The position numbers and the translations under genes were made by a program. Below the pieces are notes generated by a model. It was not told the DNA's origin and ran no database searches. It saw only the letters and a list, made by a program, of their open reading frames with translations. Shown here piece after piece: positions 39,401 through 51,400 of a stretch of 64,000 bases of DNA; the first letter of the stretch is position 1, and the number at the start of each line of letters is the position of its first letter. The stretch is from Bugula neritina (taxonomy: Eukaryota; Animalia; Bryozoa), in assembly GCA_964035545.1 (NCBI GenBank), contig OZ037769.1, positions 4,817,929-4,881,928 on the forward strand, given 5' to 3'.

Positions 39401-42400
39401 TTAGAGGCGGTATCATCAGTAGGTATAGAGCAGTGACGAGTCATCAACGGCAGCTGTAATGTGTTATTCAGATTGTAAAGAGACAGGCTTAAATTAATGT
39501 GTTGCAAACCTTATATCATAATTGTTGATTGTTAATAAAATTATGCCTTTCAAGTTAATAAACAATTAGTCTAGATAACAAGAAATAAAAGTAAAGGACT
39601 AATAAAAATATGGTTATCAAAGACAGAGTAAAATCTCAGTCCAGAATGTTGATATACTCCCAATAACTTATGTTCTCACAAGAATTTGAACAGGGTCTGC
39701 ATCCCAAACCAGAGCTTACTAGGAAAAATAAAGAACTTGGGCTATCTCAGTTTCTCCACTACTGCACCTAAATGACTAAAATGCACTAACCTCATACACA
39801 TGCAGGCACTGGCCATCATTGCACACCATAATCTCACCATCATGACTAACAGCTAGAGCTGTACTGTGGTGTTTAAGTCTGTGCACAAGTGAGGGATACA
39901 ACAGATCTACTATATAGGGTCCTACAACAGGGTTGTATGGTGTTCATGGGGTAGTGTTTATTACCAGAACAATAGACTAAGACTGTATATTTAGAAACAC
40001 ATGGGCATAGCAGGGAAAAAGCACAAGGTGCTGGAATGGTGTTTTATATAAACAATGTCTGAAGATAAAAGATACTACAACTAAAATTAATTGATAGTAT
40101 GTGTAAACAAAATAAAATAGCAGGAAAGCTGGTAAAAATCCAATCGCAAGTAAGCTTAGTAGAACATCTTGTATCTGAAAATAACTAATCGTGTAGTTAG
40201 ATATACAGTTTTGGAAAAAAAACTTCAACGCACACAAATTACTTCAGCTAAATATGAAATTTATATATTCAACCTCATGTTGAGGTCACGACTTGATTTT
40301 AAAAAAGTGCAATTTTATAAGCTCGAGCTGCAAAGATGTGTAATTGTTATCAGGTACAAGAAATCAAATATAAAGATCTGGTGGGTTGGTGCAGAGAAGC
40401 AGTATGTTTGGATACAAAAAGTAGCAGTACTTTATAAGGAAGAGAATTTACCTGTTTTCTGCTTGATAGAAAAAACAAAGTAAGAGTCGGATATTGCAGC
40501 GCAAGAGATGCTTCCTTTGTCTGTGTCCACGGAAAACTCCAGTTGCTGGGAGTCAACTTGATAGGATTCTATGCGATTCTCACGCTTAGCAATTATCTTC
40601 TCTTGATTGGGTGTAACATACAGCAAGCCTTCGCCTAAACAAAAGTAGAAATGATGTACCAATAATATTGCTGCTTGTTATGAAAACAATAGATTTTCAT
40701 CAGTTAAATCGAATTAACAAAATTTCAAAATATTCTACATAACTATTATTCGGGATCTAATTGTAGAAAACTCTAAGCAACTTTAACTTTGCTATAACTC
40801 ATATTTATCTTACATTGATACTCTATTGTTGTTAACACATCCAGAAATAAAGTATTGTTAGCCCAAGATTTCCACATGAACCCAGTGCAAGAAAAAGTAT
40901 CTAATTTTTTGATCGTCTGATTTCAAGCAATATAAGTAGCATATTTTAGTAGCATAGAAAAGTTATATTTTCTATTCCAAATTAAACTCTATGTTTTAGT
41001 GTTCATTTAGTATAACAAGATTTTATAAACTCATGAATCAATAAAACTACCAGGAAGTCCAAAGAGTCTAGTCGTCTCATGAGATGAGACATTGTAGAGA
41101 AGGGCATGGTTCCATTTTTCTTCCTTGACCACAAAGTAAGTAGCATCGGGTTTAGAAATCATAGAAAACTGCAAAGTGGGGGTGACGTGCAATCGTTCCT
41201 CAAACTGGTGTTGCAGCAGCGAACCTACATTAATTCATTATTTGTGATAAAGCCACAATTCATATAATAAAGTTATTAAATTTCTTTCATATAAAACATG
41301 TATATATTTTACAAACCTGCGTTTGCTTAACTAACTACTTGAACACACCTGGGGTTTGGTAAAGTTGCAGTTTCGGCACAGCTGAACACCTCTGTAAAGA
41401 CTGTAAATCACATTGATCAATAAGTGACTTTATGTTAGGGTGTTGACTGTAGTAAACCATCAACCTACAATATATTACAAAAAACACCTGTATTCAGTTA
41501 CAGGTGCTCACTGTACTACTCCATTATCAAGCTGGTGTATAAATACAGCCGTGTTACAACATTTTTAAAAGTTACATTTACAACTTGACTTTAATTAAAA
41601 CTTCTCATAAGGTATTAGCAGACGCTTATAGAAATACATTTGTACCACACATCTGCCACCACACACTCGTACCTTCCACTGAGTTCCATGCCAAGTGTAT
41701 CAGGATCAAACTGTATCTTTATGTCTAACAGAGCTTGTCTAACCAAAGAGATCTCGACATCACTGTAGATATCAAAGTCAGCAAGTAGACGACTCATTGG
41801 CATTGCTGACAGCTTGGTGTGTAGCCAATCATAGTTGAACAGCACCTTCATTCACGCAGAAAATCATTACTATGTAATAGTATGATTGAATAAGGAATAG
41901 GTAGAGCTGGTATATTAGAGGGTAAAATAATATTGTAATATATAGTTAAACAAACGTTATTGCCAATTTAGCATTACATCTTAAGAATCCACACATTTAT
42001 TATAGGTTAACAACAAATAGTATAAAGTTTCGTTTATACCTCTGCTGAAAAAAGTATCAAGTTTTCAGTTAAGAACGCTTGTCCGAGTACCCCTTTATAG
42101 TCGAACTGAAAATCGTTGAAATCCTATTGATGCAGAAGGTTACTTTCTAAAAGTGAAATCTGACTGGCCTAATCGCTATTTGATGCCCTTTGAAAATGCC
42201 GTGAATTAGTGAAGTTGACAGCATAAAATCGATAATTGAGAAGGCGTAGGCGATATAATTATTAACATATGAGTACGTCATCTATTTGCCAACATCATAA
42301 TTAAATAACGATGTTTACAAGGAGTTATTACTCCTTTTGAGTATTATGCTGAACTCGGCCGATTAAGTTATCGCAGTACAAAAAATTTTACGAGTAGCTT

Positions 42401-45400
42401 TTACAATGCAATGCATCTCGGAGAAATTTCAACTCGGCCAAATTGCCTTTCTAACTGAAAATTGTGAAGGTATAAACGAAACTTTAGAATGATATAAAAT
42501 TACTAGTTTTCTAGATTCCTATCATATTCCAGTATGGGGAGGTGTGTTAAATATGGTCAGCACCCCTCAAGTCAATGTCAATAAGAGATTAAAACTAGAG
42601 CCAAGTTTGAATTTTGTTTACTTCAATAAATAACACTCGTGAGTTGAAAATAAAAAGTATACGGATATTTGGTCTGTTACTAACGTAATACAATAGAATG
42701 ACCTATGAACTCTGTCTTCCTCTTAGTATTAAAGACACAAAGTAAATGTCTCTCACCTCCTTCTTCAAGTCATCTATTTCGTTAGCCTTGGCCAAGTGGT
42801 GGGCCAGTTCGTTCAGTTTCCTCACATTTACCCTAGCCTGTGTTCCATGGCCACTGATCACCAGGGGCTGACTAATGACATTACGGTGTGAGGACCCCCT
42901 TACTACTGTGCCATACGGGATCACCTTTGTCTGTCTAAATATAGTGAATTGAGTTTATCTCATCATTCATTGACAAAAAACAACTTGGCTAAAACAAATT
43001 TTATGTAAACAGATGGAAATCGATTAAATGGTTAGCAAATTTACTTTCAACGCTTTTTGCTACCAAAATTTAAGTGTTACCAGTGACTAGTATTTATAAA
43101 TGTAAGGTTAGAAGTTAATGTGAATATTTAATACATTTTATACAATAAATCAGATATACTCAACAAATTTCTCAAGTTATGATACATTTATAGTAAATTT
43201 ATACTAACATCTGTTGAATAACAATTTATTATGCAAAAAATAGTTGCTTAGTTTACACACTTGTCATTCACCAACTTGTTCGGTTTTCTCACAATGCCAG
43301 ACCACTTCCCGAGGAAAAAATCAGCCACCAGTTTATGAATCTTTCTACTGAATGCGTCGCTACTCATGTACTTTTTCTGAACAGCCCTAGAAATCTGCGG
43401 ATATCTAAATGTAAAAACAAAATAACAGAAACATCTATATAAAACAGTGCATGCACCAATCAATAAACCATTGAAAAAAAGATTTAATTTAATAAATATT
43501 AGATATTGAAGTAAATTTGTTTGTAAACTTTAGGAGCAGTAGTGGAGAAATTGAGATAGCTCAAGTTCAGTAATTTGTGAATTAAATTTTGGTTTGGGGT
43601 GAAGGTTGAAATTCTCACAAGAACATACCTTTTTATGCTAGATTTCTAATCTAGAACACAGGCTTTTCTCAATTTTTCCATTACTGCACCTACCTCTTCA
43701 GTTATTTTAAATTTATTTAAAAGCCATTGACTTTATAACCAAACAATTAATAACTTTAGTTCTCCGCAAAGAAACACACGTGACATTTAAAACTACTAGA
43801 AATGAAGTTGCAGGGACTCAGTACACTCACTTCCATGTTATCAGATTGACATTGTCAACTTTCCACACAGACAGATATGGATACAAGTCTAGCTTCAGCT
43901 TTGACCAGACGGCGCAGGGAACCCGTAGAAATGAATGAGTTTCTGGAGATGCAAACACTGAGAGTAACTAAAATAACCAATAATGTGATGTGCAATATTT
44001 TGTTAAATTCTATTCTAAAGAATACAACCATTTTAAGCAAAGATAGTTATTATATTACTAAAAAATTAGACAACTACGTGAATGCAAGCATTGGGGAAGT
44101 TAAATTAGCAAAAAATAGTCAGTATGTACAGTAGAATAATTCCGTAAAGACATAAGACATGTTAATAAATAAATTGAACCTTTCAACAAGCACCTAGCAG
44201 CAAAGATTAAACACTTGAGTAGCCAATAGGCAACCATTTCACATACACACAAATACCTCATCATCAATACTAAGTATATCTTCAAGCTCAGCCTCACTCA
44301 GTCCATACATGCTAGAGCTCAATAGGGAGAGGATGTGACTCGTTGCTAGGTAACCGTGTGTGTCCTCTAGAATTTCTAGTAACTTAGCAATAACACCATC
44401 TGCAGAGTGTGGCAACACCGGGGCGTCGTATGATCTCCACTTGATGATCTGTTGGAACACCAGCTACACAAAACATAAAAATATCGTAGAAAGTAACAAA
44501 ATAGTGGTGACTAGAGGTGGGGTAGAGCTCTATACTGATATACAATATTTATATACAAGTAAAATATTTATGAAATAAGGCAAACTAAAGCAATACTAGA
44601 TCTGAATTTATATAATTGTTTAAAACATAACAAAGCCCCGATATTCTATTTAATATCAACATAAGACAAAGGCCATTGGTGATGTTAGGAAGAGAGTCAG
44701 TTTACTTCATTTAGTACACACCAGCAACTTATGACCTAACATTTACGTTTGCTCAAAATCAATTGAAATTTACTATACATGCTATTTTTATGTGCTGGTT
44801 TAACTACGCATAACAGAAAAGGCTGGAAGGGGATTCCCCAACATTAAAGCACAGGTCATTGTCATATGCACTCAATATTCTTTTATGTGTGGACCGTTAT
44901 GAAAAAACCGTAACGGGCAGTAACCAAAACTAGCTGAATAATTAGGAAAAAACATAGGAAATAAAGCAAAATTAAAAAGAACTTTGATTATTTAGATGTA
45001 TTTATTGGTGTTACACTAGTTTTGGCCGAACGACCATGTTCATTACCAGCTAAATTGTGAAAAATAGCCAAAAACTGAAGATATCCAGTGTGTACTAAAT
45101 TAAGTAAAATGACCCAAGAGCATCCAGTCATAATTGCTCCTGCGCTACATATGAATAAGTCCTTAGCCGATTTAACAAAATCTTTTTCATCAGGGGTTTT
45201 TTCACGGGGATGGTGACTATAAACTGGTGACTATAAACTTGCGTGAGTGAGCTTTTTAAAACACAAATTATCTGTTTTTTTTATAAACCCAGTAATGAAA
45301 ACAATTTGTTTTACTATTTATTCAATACCCTCAATTTAAGGTCTTGCAGCGGAGGTAAGGCTAGAAAGACTTTGGATAGTGCTCTGCTACCGGAGAACAA

Positions 45401-48400
45401 GATAATACTTTACAGTAACTCAAAGCAAACCTCTACGTAGAGAGGGTATGGTGACTCATGCAGTCCCTTAGATATTCTACTCCACTGTTTACTAGTAACC
45501 AGACGGCTGGTTTCCTGTAATCTCTTCTTCAAGATCCACTCGCATATCTCTGGCAGCATATTCTCCACCTGACAAGTGTAAGAACTGAGCTGTTAAACCA
45601 GACCATAACTCACCCACTGGTTTATGTAGATAAAGACATGCAAAAATTGAATGCATTAAACTAATTTTTCTATCAAAATCATACAACTATCAGCATATAA
45701 GTTACACCATATTACATGCTTTACAGTAAAAATAATCAGATAATTCTGACTATACTTAACTCCGGTTTACCTAGAGATGAGTTATAAGGACAGAAAAGAT
45801 TGTTAGAGTATAGAAGAGAACACAATTACAGCTATAAGCATCTTTGATTGCTAAAAAAGCTTAAATGCACATTGTGGATATCTTTCTAATTCAAAAACAT
45901 GAAAACTAAACAAAGGTAGATTGTAATAGGTTTACTAGGCAGAATATAAATTTAGCTCATCCTAAAAGTATGGTTTAATTTGCAAACAATTTTAAGTCGA
46001 TTGTAACACATGTTTATTGACTCTATATGGGAGTGGGTGAGTAATTATTGATATATGCATGTCTTCACATGCATTGTTAAGTTGCAGTCCTTGTATATTG
46101 TGTAAGAGTGAATTAATATTTACCTAAACACTTATTGTTAGAAGATAAATACAACAGAATAAATCATTGTTTGTAATCAATAACTGCATTTTTTCATCTT
46201 TGATGTTACTCATAAATACGGTGGGAGTCAAACTGTCTTGTAAAGCAAGAAGTAACACTGAATAACTGCTTTTTCTGAGTTGGAAACTATTTCAATGTAC
46301 AAGAACTTTACTTAACAGTAAGTATCCATGAGATTCTAAAAGAATTTGTCGTTAAAACAACTTTCAACTCTGCTGTATTTAATCAAACAGACATTAATAG
46401 GACTTCCTTACAAACAACATTACAGCTACAGAAGCATAACTACGTGTTTTATTTTTAGAAGAAGAGAAGAAAATATCATTGATTACATGGCACGCCCATA
46501 TGATGTCCCACAATCAAAATGTGAGACTAAAATTTCAGGCCAGGATCGGTGCCAGAAACGATCAACCAATCAAGTCACAGAAACTGCAGATGTTGACTTA
46601 CGCAGACGACAATATCAACAATCATTACGACATTCATCAAGATATTCGGGCATATCAAACAAGGCACACCCTTACAATATAAACGAAGTAATGAGACGCA
46701 GAAATAGATTCAGAAACAGTTGTAGCAGAGGAAGTAACAAAGCGAGTGACGGGTCTTCTGCAGACAGTAATGCAAGTAAACAAAGTATTTGGAATCACAG
46801 GCTAACTAGAAACTCAACTTCTGACCAATCAACTGCAGAATCATCAAATAAATCAGCAAATAACTCATCAGTTGAAAGTTTTGAGGCCGGGAACAGACGG
46901 ACATAGTTTCGAAGAATTAAAAAAGAAAACATCATATCTTTAGCAATGAGGGCAAACATAAATGATGAACATGTCACATAACTTTTTGGCAATAGGTTTT
47001 AGTGCACTGAAGCTGTAAATTTGTATTCATTCAAAAGTATTTATGAAAACTGTTTTGTACTAAGTTGTGATCACCTCACACAAGGTTTAAAAGACAAAGT
47101 TGCATTTAGAGTAGAGACAAAAAGGATGCACATTAAAACATAGTTGATTATGATTGGAAGCTAGCATTAAACCTACAATTTGGTAAATAAATGCTCAATT
47201 AGTAAATTCTTTTAATGACTGTTATATGAAGAAATAAACATGTTTAGATAACATGAAATACAAAAATTATAAAATATTTACGTGTCTGACTTATTGTTGG
47301 GAGTGAAAAATAAAACCCTGTCCCATAGCTGTTTACATGAGTGCGAGATGCAACAAATCATAAAACCAGCGAACAGACCTGAAGGAAACAGCTGCTGTCT
47401 GTATACTTCTTCTGGATTTTCTCCAGAGTGTTCTTTGGATCCAAATCTCTAAGTGAAACAACCATCTTTATGTTAGGAGAGAGTTTCATGGGTAGCCAGT
47501 CTATTTGATCGTATCCCTCAGTCTGTGAAGACCAATATATAATTCATATAGGCTAATGCTGTATATCATGATATAATAATACATGAGCAGTTTCAGTGAT
47601 TGTACTACATACAGGATATAAAATCAACATAAAGTTAATAGAAGTGATACTGTTGCATCTTTTTTATACATCTATATTAGTACTAGACAAAGTTATCAGC
47701 TGATTTAACAGCAAAAATGCTTTTTTAAGTAAACAGACATTATAGTTGACCAACCGGGAAAAACATAACTGTGCAATAAAGACTTTTGCATAAAATGTTA
47801 AATAGACTCCATGTTGAACAGTGAGATGCCGATTCAGAAGCGTAACAAAGCTTTGAAATTCTGCTTCACAAAGTTTTTCTATATCGTTACTCACTGAGAG
47901 GCAATTCAGGCCGTCTATAACCAGCAGCAAGGTGCAATTACAATATCCCTTTTCTAGAATGTTCCTAAACTGCAACTTGGCTTCCAGAAAAGTTTTGGGC
48001 GCAACGTAACTCATCCCCATGACATGACATAACTGAGGAAAGTAGCATAAGTTAAATCAGCATTATCAAACATACTGCAAGATAAGTCAATAAAATAGGT
48101 CAACAATATCGGTTAACAATATAGGTCAAATAATATAGTTCAATAAAACAAGTCAATATGATAGGTCAATAACATAGTTCAGTAATATATGTCAATGGAA
48201 TATGTCACAGATATAGGTCAATAGTATAGGTCAATAGAATAAGTCAATGATATAGGTCAATAGAATAGGTCAATAATATAGATCAATAAGAATTTGACTA
48301 CCTGTAACAGGGATGACTCATGTAGGTTATACTTTATAGCAAAAATTTAAAAATTTCATGCTTTACAGCGCACATGCCATTCAGTTGGTAAACGTTTTCA

Positions 48401-51400
48401 CAATGAACTGTGGCATTCCGGTGAGTTTATTTTCATATTCTTTAACCAACCTGTTCAATAAGACTGAGTAAAAGTTGCTCAATGTCACAGGAAGCAGGGG
48501 TGTGGCCTAAGTGGCGGAGTATAACTCTTAGAGAGGACGACTTCTCACATGCCTAAAGAATATGATAAGGCACTATTAGTATGAGTATATTCTAGTGTCC
48601 GATGACATTACAAGAGTAATAAATTTGTCAATTAATTTTTAAAAAATCAATTTTAAAAGGTAATTACCTGAACAGACATAAACTGAGTGATATTTAAATC
48701 GGCTGACAGCTGCATAATTTACAAATCACAGAACTCAATTTCTTTTCTTTTATATAAAGTATAAAACTATTTGTGTTAAATATCTTTAAGTATTCAATAA
48801 AAATACCATTACAAACCATGGAAACTTTTTATAACAACCAAACACATTAGCTAATGTAAGCTTACAAAAACCCCACCATAATATAAATGCAGAGTTTTTA
48901 AAAACTTAAAATGCATACTTTTAAAGTTCAATCAGAACTCACTTAGTGATGAAATTATTTAAAATCAATTAACTTCATTTTGAGGTCATCCATAAAAACC
49001 AGCAAATAAAAGGAGGACAACTTACATTAGAAGCTATGCAGCTCAATATAGACGACTTTCCACAACCACTAACACCATGAACAAAGATCGGGACGTGTGA
49101 CTGACTGCCCACATAGTTTTCAATAGCCTGTAGGTACTGCCCTTGTTCATAGAAGTGCTCTAAGTTTGACTTAGTACACATCCAGTGTTGCTGTATCTCT
49201 GTATACAACTCGTTGTTGGGGTAGTGTGCCCACTCTATCATACAGACATCCACGTGGCGACGAATCTAAAGCAAATATAATTTCCAGAAAATGTGGAAAT
49301 TGAATCAAAATTTACAAAAACTGCCATCTATGTCAAACAATGAATAATAATAAATTTAGTTTTAGTAAAACACAATCTTAACCAATTTCATTATTATTAT
49401 TTTGTAAAATTGACTTACAAGTTTCCAAATCATAAGTAACTAAAAGTAAAGACGGTATTAGACAAAAGGTAAATTAGGTACATATCAAATAACATAATGA
49501 TATAAAAAAGTGTAATATGTGTTATAAAAGTGCAATTTGTATAACTACTGTGAGAGGTTGTCTACTCTACAAAATAACTTACCATCACACAGCTATAAAT
49601 AACTGCAGATTGTAAATAGAAGAAGCAATGGTTACTTGAAAAGGATAACATAAACTTAATAAAAGTTTTGTATGCATAATGTATAATGGATAAATGCAGA
49701 TACATGTTTATATAAAGCAATGTAAGAACCTGATATTATATGCATATAAGATCTTTAGAAGATGTAACTGCATGTAGCCTGTTGGTGGAGGTTTGTTTAA
49801 ATAGTGCAGTCCCACCCACAAGAAATTAAATGATTTTTTCATAATGTAATAAATTTAAGACGTAACTGTATATATTTTTAGACACACCCACACGTTTTGA
49901 AGGAGGTTCATTCAATAACTCAAAACCTTCTAAAATAAATTGAATGATATTCTAATTTTGTTCGTATTATGGTAAGCAGAAAAACACAAAATAGGAATAT
50001 TATGCAATTGAAATGGAGTTGTGCTAACCTGTTCGAATAGGGTATTCCCAAAAGAGATGAGATAATCTTTATGCTCTTTGCTGTCAATACCAGCAGGCTC
50101 CGCCCATTCAATGTTGAAGTCAAATATGTTGTTAGGAGATACAGAAGACTCAACAGCCTGTCTCAAGTTCACCATAGCAGAGTTAGCTGCTTTGTCAACC
50201 TGCAGATTGTGACCATGGTGAGGATATAATATGCCCTTATATGGTAGCATCTAACAGCCAAGATAAAATATGCCTTTATATGGTAGCATCTAGCAGCCAA
50301 GGATGTAATGTGTTCTTATATGGTAGCATCTAACAGCCAAGATAAAAATATGCCCATTTATGGTAGCATCTAACAGCCAAGATAAAATATGCCTTTATAT
50401 GGTAGCATCTATTTGCAAGAACGCTTTTATACACCAGAAAAGAAAAGGAAGTTTATGTGGGGCATGGAAATTAGAATTTTAGAATTCTTGAAATTCACAC
50501 TTGGTTATGTCTAAGTCAATCCGACAAATCAAGTAGTCTATACTAAGACAAATGCTGATATGGGTAATCAGCAAAAAGTTGTAAAGTTGGCATCATAAAG
50601 TAAAGAAATGAATCGATTTTATTAACACTTTTCTTGTTATAGTAAAAGTATAACTATAGAAGCACAGTTTAACAAATAGTGGAGAAATAACTTCTTGATA
50701 AAATGTTTCACTTTGGAAGGTGTAAAGATAAAACAAACCTCTAGTAACACATTTATTATAATGCTATAATATATTACAGTTACCTCGTTTGTTGCCGGGT
50801 AGAGATCTATGAACTTTGAAGCCCGCTTCCTTTCCAAACATTCGTCAATATTAGTTATCTTCTTCCGAAAAAGAAGACAATTATCATCTCGGAATTTCTG
50901 CTTCTCTACATTGAACAGCCCCGTGTCTATTTCTATTTGTAAATCTGCAATATAAAGTAGCTGTGATGCAATTGGTTGGTGCATGCAACAGGTAACCAAT
51001 TAAAATGCTTTTCACTGTATGACATTCAGCAATGAAGCATGAGAGGTAACTTGAATTTGAAAGAACAGCTCAATGCACTCTGAGACTAATTTCTTGCATT
51101 ATGATTGGATAAGAGATCATACCTGAAGGTGGGTTGAACCAACCAGAATCACCTAGAAATCGAGCCGCTAGCATCAGCATTTCAGATAACTTCCTCTCCG
51201 TCTCAACCCATTTGTCAACATCTAAAGTTATCAACACATGTAAAAATAACATTTATTAGGTTACATGAACCAAAAGTATAAATTAGAAAAATCCCAACTC
51301 ATGAAACATATTCACACACAGCATACCAATTATATTTATTCGCCAGTCTTACTATCCTTCAGACTTGGTCATCATAATTTATATTTCGCTAGCGGTTTTC

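Noticed and set aside
41600-41630. RLLIPYE segment as the next NWD exon
   Set aside because: Out of phase with the donor at 41672 and hits a stop; exon 41464-41349 restores frame and homology.
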